From an uncultured Pelagibacteraceae bacterium (lineage in GTDB: Bacteria > Pseudomonadota > Alphaproteobacteria > Pelagibacterales > Pelagibacteraceae), in contig CACGGD010000001.1 in assembly GCA_902572605.1 (NCBI GenBank), positions 95,861 through 159,860 on the forward strand: a DNA stretch of 64,000 bases, read 5' to 3'. Numbering within the stretch: the stretch's first letter is position 1; every line of letters starts with the position of its first letter. A program made the position numbers and the translations under genes. Of the stretch, positions 20,415-32,385 are shown piece after piece. The notes under the pieces are model-generated. The model saw nothing but the letters and a program-made list of their open reading frames with translations. It was not told the DNA's origin and ran no database searches.

Positions 20415-21351
20415 TTAATTTCATTTTTTCTTTTATAATCGGAACAATTCTATTAATCTCATCTAACTTATCATAACTCCAATTGTCAACTCTTTCAGTC
20501 AATTCTTTTGTTATTCCTAGTTTGCTAAACTGAGAATAAAATTTTGTAAACCTACTACTTGTTCTTTTAGGTTTAAACATAGCTACATAAATTGGCTTTC
20601 CTGTTAGTGCAGCCTCAGAAATCATTGATGTTGAGTCGCAAGTTACAATTACATAATCTGCTATGGCTAAAGAACTTAAATATGCTTTTTTGTTTATATC
20701 TTTAATCACATGATGATTAAAACTAAATGTATTAAAAGCTTTTTTGATTACCAGTTCAGGCGTTCTGTAAGATGGTATAACAACAAGTTTATATTTGTCA
20801 GGGGTAAACAAAGCTTTTACTTTATTAAAAACAAAATGAACTTCTTCTTCAGAATAATTATAATGTTTATTGGGCCCCCCAATAATAAAAGCTACGATCT
20901 TTTTCTTTTCTTTGTTAAACCTTAAATATTTTGAATTCTCTGAAATTTCTTTTTTTGTTAAATAGTGAATGGATCCTGTAGTTTTTAAGACATTGTCACC
21001 ATTTAAATTGTCATGCTCAGGACAAACTATTAAATCAAAATTTTTTAATGATACTTTAGGATCTTGAATATGAATATTAAAAATTTCTTTTCCAAATCTT
21101 TTTTTTAAGGCGATTGAAGGAATCACGCTTTTCCTCCCGCAAGAAATGATGATTTTAGAGTCGCAGACAAATTTCTTTGTTAATAAGTTTTCAGAAATAG
21201 GAGTAAATTTTGGGGGAATATAATTCCAAAAAGGTTTAAGTTTTATAGTTTCGTGTTTAAATGCTAGTTTTAATCCTTTGGCTAACCCTTCAACTTGGCT
21301 AACCATTCCGTGCATACCTTGGGTTAAAAGAAGAGCTTTTAATTTTAACAT
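20401..21351 (-). CDS. ELM1/DUF1022-family protein (putative glycosyltransferase fold)
   Basis: GMVSQVEGLA, ISCGRKS, IQDPK...FDLIVCPEHD, IGGPN, SYRTP, VTCDSTSMISEA...GKP. Confidence 0.85.
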   Translation of the reverse strand: MLKLKALLLTQGMHGMVSQVEGLAKGLKLAFKHETIKLKPFWNYIPPKFTPISENLLTKKFVCDSKIIISCGRKSVIPSIALKKRFGKEIFNIHIQDPKVSLKNFDLIVCPEHDNLNGDNVLKTTGSIHYLTKKEISENSKYLRFNKEKKKIVAFIIGGPNKHYNYSEEEVHFVFNKVKALFTPDKYKLVVIPSYRTPELVIKKAFNTFSFNHHVIKDINKKAYLSSLAIADYVIVTCDSTSMISEAALTGKPIYVAMFKPKRTSSRFTKFYSQFSKLGITKELTERVDNWSYDKLDEINRIVPIIKEKMKLNGII

Positions 21352-21375
21352 TAGTTACTATATAAACATATCATA

Positions 21376-22323
21376 ATGAATAATAAATCATCTAAACATA
21401 CAAAAGTGTTAATTCTTGGATCAGGACCTGCGGGTTATACAGCCGCAATCTATGCGGCTAGAGCAATGTTAAAGCCAATTTTAGTTCATGGCTCCCAACC
21501 TGGAGGTCAATTAACTACAACTACTGATGTCGAAAATTACCCAGGATATTCAAAAGTGATTCAAGGGCCTTGGTTGATGGAAGAAATGAAAGGTCAAGCA
21601 GAAGCAGTAGGAACTGAAATGATTCAAGACCACATCAACAAAGTAGATTTATCTTCAAAGCCTTTTAAAGTTGTGGGTGATAGTGGTCAAATTTATACTG
21701 CAGATGCTATTATTATTTCGACAGGGGCTCAAGCTAGATGGTTAAACCTAAAATCTGAGCAGAATTTTAGAGGTTTTGGTGTTTCTGCTTGTGCTACTTG
21801 TGATGGTTTTTTCTTTAAAGATAAAGAGGTAGCAGTTGTAGGTGGGGGTAATGCAGCAGTAGAAGAAGCTATGTTTTTAACCAAATTTGCTTCGAAAGTT
21901 AAATTGATTCATAGAAGGGACAAGTTGAGAGCAGAAAAAATGCTTCAAGAAAAATTAAAAGCTAATAAAAAAATAGAAATAATTTGGGATAGCATTGTCG
22001 AAGATGTTTTAGGAAAAACTGAACCTAAAAGTGTTAATGCAATTAAGATTAAAAATGTTAAAGACAATAAAACCAAAGAATTGAAAGTGGATGGGCTTTT
22101 CATCGCTATAGGACATGATCCGGCAACATCATTATTCAAAAATCAATTAGATATGGATAAGGAAGGTTACTTAATTACAAAAGCAGATTCTACTATTACA
22201 AACATACCTGGAGTATTTGCAGCAGGGGACGTTAAAGATAAAATCTATAGACAGGCCGTAACTGCTGCAGGTATGGGTTGTATGGCTGCCCTTGAAGCAG
22301 AAAAGCATTTATCTGATAAATAA
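21376..22323 (+). CDS. trxB: Thioredoxin reductase
   Basis: GSGPAGYTAA, GVSACATCDG, GGGNAAVEEA, GVFAAGDV, RQAVTAAGMG. Confidence 0.98.
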   Translation: MNNKSSKHTKVLILGSGPAGYTAAIYAARAMLKPILVHGSQPGGQLTTTTDVENYPGYSKVIQGPWLMEEMKGQAEAVGTEMIQDHINKVDLSSKPFKVVGDSGQIYTADAIIISTGAQARWLNLKSEQNFRGFGVSACATCDGFFFKDKEVAVVGGGNAAVEEAMFLTKFASKVKLIHRRDKLRAEKMLQEKLKANKKIEIIWDSIVEDVLGKTEPKSVNAIKIKNVKDNKTKELKVDGLFIAIGHDPATSLFKNQLDMDKEGYLITKADSTITNIPGVFAAGDVKDKIYRQAVTAAGMGCMAALEAEKHLSDK

Positions 22324-22325
22324 TA

Positions 22326-23273
22326 GTGAAAAATAATCTACATGTCTTTTTAGGGTCAACAGTTGCTGATGCTGCATCAAGACCTTTACATTGGGTTTAT
22401 AATCAAAAACAATTGCTTAATTATATTAAAGGTAAAAAAGATTTTGCCTTTTTAAAAGTAAATAAAAGCCCTTTCTATAATATTAGAACTGGTAAAGTTT
22501 CAGGGTACAATGATATTGGTCAAACAATGTTTAAAACTTTAGTTGAGGGAAATCACAATATAGAAGAAAGATTTAAAAAGAATATAATTAAAAACTTTGG
22601 TCGAGGAAGCTTATATTGGAAAAACTATAGATTAAGATCTAAATACAGGAAAGTAAAAGACTGGCGAGGAATAATTAAGGGTCCATGGATACATCAAAAT
22701 ATTATTGAAACTGTTCAAAATATTAAGAAAAATAAAAAATTGACTGGTGGAAAAAAAGTTAATGAGTCAGATGGCTATTGCGCTGCTCTACCCTATTTTT
22801 TGTTTGGTTATAATTCCGATAATTTAAAGAAAATTATTTCTATAGTTACAGTTTCAAAAATAAGCGTAAAGTATGCTCTAGCAAAATTTCATTTAATAGA
22901 TCTTGCTCTTAAAGGTTCTAAAGATCCTATAAAAGAATTTACTTTCAAATATAAAAAAGATTCTTATTTCAAAAGTGTTGTAAAGGATATTAAAAAAGTT
23001 ATAAGATTAAGAAAAAAACCTCATGCTTTAATAGTAAAAAAACTTGGCATGGCATGCAGTTACCCCGGAACTTTCAATAGCTCTGTTCACTCGATTATAA
23101 ATTCAAAAAGTTATAAAGACGCTATTTTAAAAACAATTAAAGCTGGTGGCTGTAACTGTTCTCGAGCAAATTTTATTGGCGCTTATTTCGCAGCTTTAAA
23201 AGGATTAAATTCAATTCCTAAAGTCTGGATAAAAAAAACATTAGTAGCTAAAAAAATTTTAAATCAAAAGTAA
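22326..23273 (+). CDS. ADP-ribosylglycohydrolase-family protein, crystallin J1/selenoprotein J-like
   Basis: VADAASRPLHWVY, SPFY, GPW.H, ACSYPG, AGGCNCSRANFIGA, IP..W; GTG start 2 nt after the trxB stop. Confidence 0.8.
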   Translation: MKNNLHVFLGSTVADAASRPLHWVYNQKQLLNYIKGKKDFAFLKVNKSPFYNIRTGKVSGYNDIGQTMFKTLVEGNHNIEERFKKNIIKNFGRGSLYWKNYRLRSKYRKVKDWRGIIKGPWIHQNIIETVQNIKKNKKLTGGKKVNESDGYCAALPYFLFGYNSDNLKKIISIVTVSKISVKYALAKFHLIDLALKGSKDPIKEFTFKYKKDSYFKSVVKDIKKVIRLRKKPHALIVKKLGMACSYPGTFNSSVHSIINSKSYKDAILKTIKAGGCNCSRANFIGAYFAALKGLNSIPKVWIKKTLVAKKILNQK

Positions 23274-23291
23274 AAACATTTATTTATTTTT

Positions 23292-24497
<1,206 letters not shown>

Positions 24498-24531
24498 TTA
24501 TAATGTTTTTTTAAATTATTAATAACACATA

Positions 24532-26700
24532 ATGCAAAATACTTATCAAGAAAAAATACTAGATATTGAAACTACTAACAACTCAATTAAAAAGAAGTTA
24601 GAAGGAGGTATTAAGTTTAAAATTAAAAGTGACTTTCAACCAGCTGGTGATCAACCTCAAGCCATTAAATTATTAACTAAAAATATAAAAGATAAAAAAA
24701 ATGAACAAGTGCTTCTTGGCGTTACGGGATCAGGAAAGACATTTACAATGGCTAAAGTAATTGAGGCAACCAATAGACCAGCTTTAGTCTTGGCTCCTAA
24801 TAAGACTCTAGCAGCTCAATTATATGGGGAATTTAAAAGTTTTTTTCCAGATAATGCAGTTGAATATTTTGTTTCTTATTATGATTATTATACCCCTGAA
24901 GCTTATGTTCCAAGATCAGATACTTATATTGAGAAAGAAGCATCTATCAATGAACAAATAGATAGAATGAGGCACTCAGCAACTAGATCGTTGCTAGAGA
25001 GAGATGACGTAATAATTGTAGCCAGTGTATCATGTATTTATGGACTTGGGTCTGTGGAAGCTTATAGCAAAATGACCATAACTCTTAAAAAAAATAATGA
25101 ATATGAAAGAGATCAATTAATAAGAACATTTATAACTCTTCAATATAAAAGAAATGATCAAAATTTTTTTAGAGGAACTTTTAGAGTGCGCGGTGAGAAT
25201 TTAGAAATTTTTCCATCTCATTTAGAAGATAGAGCTTGGCGAATAAGTTTTAATTTTAATAAATTAGAAAAGATTGAAGAATTCGATCCTTTAACTGGAG
25301 ATAAAACAAATGATTATTCAATTATAAAAATTTATGCGAATAGTCATTACATAACTCCAAAACCAACGATGGAGCAAGCTATTAGACAAATAAAATCTGA
25401 ATTAGCAGAAACATTAAAAAAACATCGTGCAAATAATAAATTATTGGAAGAACAAAGATTGAGGGAAAGAACTAAGTTTGATTTAGAAATGATAGAAGCA
25501 ACAGGAACATGTGCTGGTATTGAAAACTATTCAAGATTTTTATCTGGAAGAAAAGCAGGAGAGCCACCTCCAACGTTGTTTGAATATTTTCCTGACAACA
25601 CAATTATATTTGTAGACGAAAGTCATGTGACAGTTCCTCAATTAAATGGGATGTATAAAGGAGACAGAACTAGAAAAAGTACATTAGCTGAGTATGGCTT
25701 TAGACTGCCTTCTTGTATGGATAACAGACCACTTAAATTTGAAGAATGGGATATGATGAGAACTCAAACGATATTCGTCTCAGCTACTCCAGGACCTTGG
25801 GAATTAAAACAAACTGATAACAAATATATTGATCAAATAATAAGACCAACTGGTTTGATTGATCCACCTGTGGAAATTAGACCAGCAAAAACTCAAGTGG
25901 ATGATTTGATGCATGAAGCTGCAAAAGTTATAGAAAAAGGTTATCGTGTTTTGGCAACCACCCTAACAAAAAAAATGGCTGAAGATCTAACTGAGTACCT
26001 TCATGAAAATGGGCTGAAAGTTAGATATATGCATTCTGACATTGATACTTTAGAAAGAATTGAAATTATAAGAGATTTAAGACTTGGTGTATTTGATATT
26101 TTAGTTGGAATAAATCTTTTGAGAGAAGGGCTAGATATTCCAGAGTGTGGTTTAGTAGGAATTCTTGATGCAGATAAAGAGGGATTTTTAAGATCTGAAA
26201 CATCGCTAATTCAAACTATCGGTAGAGCAGCTAGAAACATTGATGGTAAAGTAATTCTATATGCAGATAAAGTTACTAAAAGTATTGATAAAGCTATCCA
26301 AGAAACGGATCGTAGAAGAAATAAACAGTTAGAGTACAACAAAAAAAATAATATTACCGCGGAGTCAATTAAGAAAGAAATAGGAGATATATTAGAGTCA
26401 GTATACGAGAAGGATTACGTAAATATTAAAGAGTCAAATATAGGCGGTAATCTAAAAAAACATCTGAAAGGATTAAATAAAAAAATGAAAGAGTCTGCTG
26501 CTAACTTAGAATTTGAGGAAGCAGCAAAAATCAGGGATGAAATAAGAAAATTAGAGGCTAGTGAATTAGAAATAACATTGAACCCTAAAATAAGTCAGTA
26601 TAACCTCAAGAACAAAGTATATCCTAAAGGTAGATCGACACTTGGTATGCCTGGAACAAAAACAAAGAAACAACAAAAAAAATGGAAGCCAAAAAAATAA
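24532..26700 (+). CDS. uvrB: Excinuclease ABC subunit B
   Basis: [39 protein letters not shown]-terminal UVR domain [11 protein letters not shown]. Confidence 0.99.
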   Translation: MQNTYQEKILDIETTNNSIKKKLEGGIKFKIKSDFQPAGDQPQAIKLLTKNIKDKKNEQVLLGVTGSGKTFTMAKVIEATNRPALVLAPNKTLAAQLYGEFKSFFPDNAVEYFVSYYDYYTPEAYVPRSDTYIEKEASINEQIDRMRHSATRSLLERDDVIIVASVSCIYGLGSVEAYSKMTITLKKNNEYERDQLIRTFITLQYKRNDQNFFRGTFRVRGENLEIFPSHLEDRAWRISFNFNKLEKIEEFDPLTGDKTNDYSIIKIYANSHYITPKPTMEQAIRQIKSELAETLKKHRANNKLLEEQRLRERTKFDLEMIEATGTCAGIENYSRFLSGRKAGEPPPTLFEYFPDNTIIFVDESHVTVPQLNGMYKGDRTRKSTLAEYGFRLPSCMDNRPLKFEEWDMMRTQTIFVSATPGPWELKQTDNKYIDQIIRPTGLIDPPVEIRPAKTQVDDLMHEAAKVIEKGYRVLATTLTKKMAEDLTEYLHENGLKVRYMHSDIDTLERIEIIRDLRLGVFDILVGINLLREGLDIPECGLVGILDADKEGFLRSETSLIQTIGRAARNIDGKVILYADKVTKSIDKAIQETDRRRNKQLEYNKKNNITAESIKKEIGDILESVYEKDYVNIKESNIGGNLKKHLKGLNKKMKESAANLEFEEAAKIRDEIRKLEASELEITLNPKISQYNLKNKVYPKGRSTLGMPGTKTKKQQKKWKPKK

Positions 26701-27437
26701 TAGTTACCGGAGGGGCAAATCGAATTGGTAGATCTATAGCTTTAGAACTGGCAAGTTATGATACACAAATTGTTATTCATTATTCAAAATCTTTTGTTGC
26801 AGCAAAAAAACTTAAAATAGAATTAGAAAATTTAGGCTCAATTGTTTACCTTCTAAAAGCTGACTTAAACAATCTTGGGCAAACTCAAAAAGTAATTTCT
26901 TATGCCCATAAGAAGATGAAAGGTCTAGATTGTTTGATTAATAATGCATCTATTTTTGAAAATGATAATTTGATTAATTTTTCAGAAAAAAGTTTTTTAA
27001 AGCACATGAATGTTAATCTGAAAGCTCCTGCAATTTTAATTCAAAATTTTGCTAAAACATATAAAGGCATTAATGGAAATATTGTTAATATTATTGACCA
27101 AAGAGTTGAAAAATTAACTCCTTTCTTTTTTTCTTATACATTAAGTAAGTCAAGTCTAGCCACTTTAACTAAAACTTCAGCTATGAAATTGGCACCAAAT
27201 ATAAGAGTTAATGCAGTTTCTCCAGGACCAACATTAAAAAATAAACGCCAATCAGAAAAACATTTTAAAAAACAGTGGAAATCAACAATACTTAAAAAGA
27301 AAGTAGATACAAAAAATGTTAGTTCAGCTGTAAAGTTTTTAATTAAAAATAATAATATAACTGGCCAAATAATTAACGTAGACAGTGGTCAGCGTTTAGC
27401 TTGGAAAACACCAGATATAATTAATGCAAAAGAATGA
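26682..27437 (+). CDS. SDR-family pteridine reductase-like oxidoreductase
   Basis: [22 protein letters not shown] (YxxxK), [12 protein letters not shown]; directly upstream of folB. Confidence 0.85.
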   Translation: MEAKKIIVTGGANRIGRSIALELASYDTQIVIHYSKSFVAAKKLKIELENLGSIVYLLKADLNNLGQTQKVISYAHKKMKGLDCLINNASIFENDNLINFSEKSFLKHMNVNLKAPAILIQNFAKTYKGINGNIVNIIDQRVEKLTPFFFSYTLSKSSLATLTKTSAMKLAPNIRVNAVSPGPTLKNKRQSEKHFKKQWKSTILKKKVDTKNVSSAVKFLIKNNNITGQIINVDSGQRLAWKTPDIINAKE

Positions 27438-27820
27438 AAATTTTAAAATTTAAAAATAAACAGAAATTTAGATATAATAAAAAAGTTATTATTAAAGATT
27501 TAATTTTATTATTATCAGTTGGAATTCACAAATTTGAAAAGTTAAAAAAGCAAAATGTAAAATTTAATATAGAAATTACTACTGATCCAAACTTGAAACC
27601 AGACGTGAAAACAGTTGTTAATTATGAAAGTATTATAAATGATATCAAAAGATTAACTGAAAAAAAACATTTTGAGTTACTTGAAAGTTTGTCGGAGGCA
27701 ATATTTGATGAAATTTTTAAAAATAAAAAAATTAAAAAAATTAAATTAAAAATTGAAAAATTAGATATTATTAAAGAGACAACATCGGTTGGTATTGAAA
27801 TTGTAAAAACTAAAATATAA
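27434..27820 (+). CDS. folB: Dihydroneopterin aldolase
   Basis: VGIHKFE...Q, VNYE, FELLESL, IEK...SVGIEI. Confidence 0.85.
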   Translation: MKILKFKNKQKFRYNKKVIIKDLILLLSVGIHKFEKLKKQNVKFNIEITTDPNLKPDVKTVVNYESIINDIKRLTEKKHFELLESLSEAIFDEIFKNKKIKKIKLKIEKLDIIKETTSVGIEIVKTKI

Positions 27821-29656
27821 TGGATAGTTTAGAACAAGGGAAAAAAATAATAAAAGATAAGATACCTTTAATATCTAAAAATCCTGGAGTTTATAAAATG
27901 TTGAGCTCATCAGGAGAAATACTTTATATTGGAAAAGCAAAAAAACATTCCCAATAGACTTAAAAGTTACGTAACAGACTCTAATTTACCCATAAGAACT
28001 GAAAGAATGTTATCTCTAACTCATAATCTTGAGACGACAACAACTAATAATGAAAGTGAAGCTCTACTTTTAGAGGCAAACTTAATAAAAAAACATAAAC
28101 CAAGATATAATATTCTTTTGAGGGATGATAAGTCTTTTCCCTATATTTACATTGGTAATAAAGATAAATGGCCACAATTAACAAAGTTGAGAGGGAAAAA
28201 ATCCAAATCCGGATATTATTTTGGACCTTTTGCGTCAATTGGCTCAGCAAACTGGACTATTAAAATATTACAAAAAATTTTTCAGCTAAGAGTATGTGAT
28301 GATACAGTTTTTAAAAACAGAGAAAGGCCATGTATACTTTATCAAATAAAAAGATGTTCGGCTCCTTGTGTGCAACATATTTCAGAAAAAGAATACAAAT
28401 CAACTGTTAATGATGCTATTGATTTTATATCTGGCAAATCTAGAAGAATTCAAAAAAATTTATCCAAAGAAATGGAAAAAGCTAGTAAGGATCTCGATTA
28501 TGAAAAAGCAGCAGTTGCGAGAGATAGAATAAAAGCTTTAACCCAAATACAAACATCCCAAAAAATAAATCAAACTAATTTAAATGAAGCAGATGTTATA
28601 AGCATATATAAAGAGACAGGCAAAACTTGTATTCAAGTCTTCTTTTTTAGATCAAAGCAAAACTGGGGTAATCAAGCCTTCTATCCTAAACATGATCCAG
28701 ATGATACTATTAAAGACATTCTTTCTTCTTTTATATCTCAATTTTATGAAAACAAAACTATACCAGTTCTTATAATTACAAATTATGAAGTTGGTGAAAA
28801 AAAGCTTTTAGAAAAAACTTTTTCAAACAAAGAAAGTAAACAAGTTGTAATAAAACAAGCCAAATCTAAAAATGAAATTAGTATTTCCAAACTTGCAGAA
28901 AAAAACGCAAAACAAGCCTTAACTCAAAAACTAATACAATCAAACACAAATAACGATTTAATTGAAAATTTATCAAAAAAATTCAAGCTTAATAACAATA
29001 TCAATTTAATAGAAGTTTATGACAATAGTCATATTCAAGGATCAGACTCTATAGGAGCTTTAATTTGTTTTGGAGACGAAGGTTTTATTAAAAAAAGATA
29101 TAGAAAATTTAATATTAAAAATGATAAAATTAAAGGTGATGATTATGGAATGATGAAAGAAGTTTTGTTTAGACGATTTTCAAAAGCAATTAAAGAAAAA
29201 TCTGGATCACTTTCTTTACCAGATTTAGTTATGATCGACGGTGGAAAAGGACAATACTCCGTTTCTAGAGAAGTTTTAAACGAACTTGGTTTACATGATT
29301 TGCCTATTTTAGCCATAGCAAAAGGTAAGAGAAGAAACGCCGGTGAAGAAAAAATTTATTATGAAAATAAAGAATTTTTTTTAAACAGAAATGATCCCTT
29401 GTTATTTTTCTTTCAAAGATTAAGAGATGAAGCACATAGATTTGCTATAAGTACTCATAGAGCAAAAAGGAAGAAAAACATAAGTAAATCTTTGCTAGAT
29501 CAAATTCAAGGAATTGGCCGTCAAAGAAAAAGAGCTTTGTTAAATCATTTTGGTTCTGCAAGAGCTGTGGAATCAGCCAGTTTTGACGATTTAAAGTCCG
29601 TAGAAGGAATAGAAGACAGCATAGCTAAGAAAATATATAATCATTTCCACGAATAA
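27820..29656 (+). CDS. uvrC: Excinuclease ABC subunit C, split by a +1 frameshift in an A7 run at 27939-27945
   Basis: ATG at 27820 gives ...PGVYKM...ILYIGKAK (GIY-YIG start), continuing in the next frame as NIPNRLKSY...EALLLE...DNSH...IDGGKGQ...RDEAHRFA and HhH. Span is 3n+1. Confidence 0.95.
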
Positions 29657-29658
29657 AA

Positions 29659-30240
29659 ATGAAAATACCTAATATTTTAACTATAGGCAGAATTATAATT
29701 GTTCCAATTTTTGTTTTAACTTTCTTTATTCCAGGTTTTTTTGGAGACCTAATTCCTTTTTTTATATTTGTTCTAGCAAGTTTTACTGATTATTTAGACG
29801 GTTTATTAGCAAGAATATTTAAAGAAGAGTCTAAATTAGGAGAATTATTAGATCCCATAGCAGATAAAATTATTGTTGCAGCAGCTTTAATATTATTGGT
29901 AATGAATGGAACTATCAAAAACTATGAAGTAATTGCAGCTATAATAATACTTACAAGAGAAATTCTTATTTCTGGTTTAAGAGAATTTCTAGCTAAGACA
30001 AGCGTTTCAATTCAAGTAACTAGTTTGGCTAAATTAAAAACATTATTTCAGATGCTAGCAATTGCAATACTTTTGACAGGTGAAAGTGGAAATAAATTAA
30101 TCAATTTTCAAGATTATAATGCCCAAACTATTGGTATTATTCTTCTTTGGCTTTCTGCATTTTTAACACTGTATACTGGTTACGACTACGTAAGAAAAGG
30201 AATAGACCATGCCATTAGTGAAGATAAAAAGGATGAATAA
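29659..30240 (+). CDS. pgsA: CDP-diacylglycerol--glycerol-3-phosphate 3-phosphatidyltransferase
   Basis: IPNILTIGR, TDYLDGLLAR...LGELLDPIADK; follows uvrC. Confidence 0.95.
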   Translation: MKIPNILTIGRIIIVPIFVLTFFIPGFFGDLIPFFIFVLASFTDYLDGLLARIFKEESKLGELLDPIADKIIVAAALILLVMNGTIKNYEVIAAIIILTREILISGLREFLAKTSVSIQVTSLAKLKTLFQMLAIAILLTGESGNKLINFQDYNAQTIGIILLWLSAFLTLYTGYDYVRKGIDHAISEDKKDE

Positions 30241-30983
30241 TGAGTTTAAGCGAAATAAATATTAGAGAAAAAAATTTTCATAACAAACTTCAATCCAAAC
30301 CTAAAGGAAGGTTTGAGAATATATTCTATAAGGCTATTAGCAATTGTGGAGAAGATTTTTTAATTTTTTTAAAAGACAAGGCCAAAGACTCTGAAATATT
30401 AGATTATGGCTGCGGTGTTGGTTCATTTGCTGAAAAAGTTATAAATTATAAACCTGAAAGAATTACTGGAATTGATATTTCAGAAATCTCAATAGATAAA
30501 GCTAAGAAAAAAGCTAAAGAGCTCAATATAGATGTAAATTATAAAGTAGATAATTGTGAAAAAATGAATTTAGAGTCGAATAGCTTTGATATTGTTTATG
30601 GGACAGGCATCTTACATCATTTAGAAATAGATAAATGTTTAAATGAAATACATAGGGTTTTAAAATCAAAAGGAAATCTATTGTTTATTGAGCCTTTGGG
30701 AACAAATCCAATAATAAATTTTTATAGAAAACTAACTCCTAATTCTCGATCAAAAGATGAACATCCTTTAATAAAAAAGGATTTTGAATATCTGAACAAA
30801 AAATTTATAGAGGTTAAAATAAAATATTATGGATTTTTAACTTTAATATTTTTTCCATTTTACAAATCACCAAAAGAGTCGAGATTCTTTAAAATATTGA
30901 CTTCTTTAGATCAATTTCTATTTAAATTTAGATTATTTCAATTATTAGCTTGGTCTGTATTAATTTCTGCTAAAAAAAATTAG
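30240..30983 (+). CDS. Class I SAM-dependent methyltransferase
   Basis: ILDYGCGVG, GIDIS, SFDIV...ILHHL, RVLK...FIEP. Confidence 0.88.
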   Translation: MSLSEINIREKNFHNKLQSKPKGRFENIFYKAISNCGEDFLIFLKDKAKDSEILDYGCGVGSFAEKVINYKPERITGIDISEISIDKAKKKAKELNIDVNYKVDNCEKMNLESNSFDIVYGTGILHHLEIDKCLNEIHRVLKSKGNLLFIEPLGTNPIINFYRKLTPNSRSKDEHPLIKKDFEYLNKKFIEVKIKYYGFLTLIFFPFYKSPKESRFFKILTSLDQFLFKFRLFQLLAWSVLISAKKN

Positions 30984-31867
30984 GCAGCTGTTTTTTTTCT
31001 AACTAAAGATTGATAGCTTTCATTAAGTTCGGAGATTAGTTCACATATCTTAAATTTATATTCATCGATTTCAGAAACTGGAGTTACCTCTGCTGCTGTT
31101 CCAGTAAGAAAACAGCCTACAAAATCTTTCATTTCCTCTGGCTTAATTTTTCTTTCTACTACTTTTATACCTTTCGCTTTTGCAATTTTTATAACTTCTC
31201 TTCGAGTAATTCCGTCTAGAAAAGAGTCTGGAATAGGAGTATGTAGTTCTCCTTGTTGATTTTTAAAAAAAACATTCGCTCCAGTTGCTTCAGCAACATA
31301 TCCGTCGTGATCGAGCATTAATGAGTCTGTAAACCCTTTACTTTCAGCTTCATGTTTAGAGAGAGTGCAAATCATATATAAACCAGCAGCTTTTGTATCC
31401 CAAGGAATAGAATTTGGATTTGGTCTCCTCCACGCTGAAATATTTAATTTTATACCTTTTAACTTTAACTTAGGGTCAAAATAAGAACCCCACTCCCAAG
31501 TAGCTATAGCAACATGAATTTTATTTTTCTGGGCTGAAATAGCCATCATTTCACTGCCTCTCCATATTACAGGTCTGACATAACCATTCTTAACTTTTTG
31601 AATGTTAACAATATTTTTACAAGCTTCATTAATTTCTTTTTGTGTGTAAGGAACTTTTATTCCCATTCTCTTGGCAGAATAAAATAATCTTTCTGTATGC
31701 TCCTCTAGTTTGAAAATCTCTCCATCATAAACACGTTCACCTTCAAAAACGCAACTGGCATAATGAAGTCCATGATTTAAAACATGTATATTTGCATCAG
31801 CCCAATTAACAGCTTTGCCGTTAAACCAAATTTTTCCAGATCTTTTATCGTATGGTATGCTTTCCAT
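30980..31867 (-). CDS. ilvE: Branched-chain amino acid aminotransferase
   Basis: GLHYASCVFEG, KAAGLY, EATGANVF, LDGITR, GTAAEVTP. Confidence 0.96.
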   Translation of the reverse strand: MESIPYDKRSGKIWFNGKAVNWADANIHVLNHGLHYASCVFEGERVYDGEIFKLEEHTERLFYSAKRMGIKVPYTQKEINEACKNIVNIQKVKNGYVRPVIWRGSEMMAISAQKNKIHVAIATWEWGSYFDPKLKLKGIKLNISAWRRPNPNSIPWDTKAAGLYMICTLSKHEAESKGFTDSLMLDHDGYVAEATGANVFFKNQQGELHTPIPDSFLDGITRREVIKIAKAKGIKVVERKIKPEEMKDFVGCFLTGTAAEVTPVSEIDEYKFKICELISELNESYQSLVRKKTAA

Positions 31868-31922
31868 TAAGAACTAAATATATAGATTTTTTTGTTACAA
31901 AAAAGTATATTTCTTAGTAGGA

Positions 31923-31939
31923 TAAGTCAATATAACTTA
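31923..31939. promoter_or_regulatory. Inverted repeat in the ilvE/MarR divergent spacer, possible MarR operator
   Basis: TAAGT-caatata-ACTTA, 5 nt upstream of the MarR ATG. Confidence 0.35.
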
Positions 31940-31944
31940 CCATT

Positions 31945-32385
31945 ATGAAAGATTTACTTTATCTTAAAGACGAGCAAATTAAAGATTGTATTCAACTTTT
32001 GTTTTATGCTTACCGGGAATCTTTTTCTGATCCAAAAGAGGTTTTGTCAAAAAAATTTTTTGGGCCTGCTCATTTAAGATCTTTAAATCTAATAGAAAGA
32101 CATCCAGGAATAAGCCTTGGAGAGCTAATATTTAAATTAAAAGTAACAAAACAAAGTTTGAATAGAGTATTAAGAGATTTGATCAAATCGAAAATGGTAA
32201 AACAGGTTAAAGATGAAACCGACACAAGAAAGAAGAATTTATTTCTTGATAAAGAAGGAAAAATTTTCTTTGAAGCTGTATACAATGCTCAAAGAAAAAG
32301 AATATTTAATGCTTTAAGAAGTTCAAGCTCAGACTCGGTAATAAAATTTAAAGAAGTTTTAAAAAAGATTATAGATGGAAAATAA
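31945..32385 (+). CDS. MarR-family regulator (PetP-like)
   Basis: LLFYAYR, AHLR, PGISLGEL...VTKQSLNRVL wHTH, DTRKK; alphaproteobacterial ilvE-marR-ompR-envZ arrangement. Confidence 0.88.
   Translation: MKDLLYLKDEQIKDCIQLLFYAYRESFSDPKEVLSKKFFGPAHLRSLNLIERHPGISLGELIFKLKVTKQSLNRVLRDLIKSKMVKQVKDETDTRKKNLFLDKEGKIFFEAVYNAQRKRIFNALRSSSSDSVIKFKEVLKKIIDGK

Noticed and set aside
22326-23273. Selenocysteine recoding in the SelJ-like gene
   Set aside because: There is no in-frame TGA; the relevant codon is TGC (Cys).
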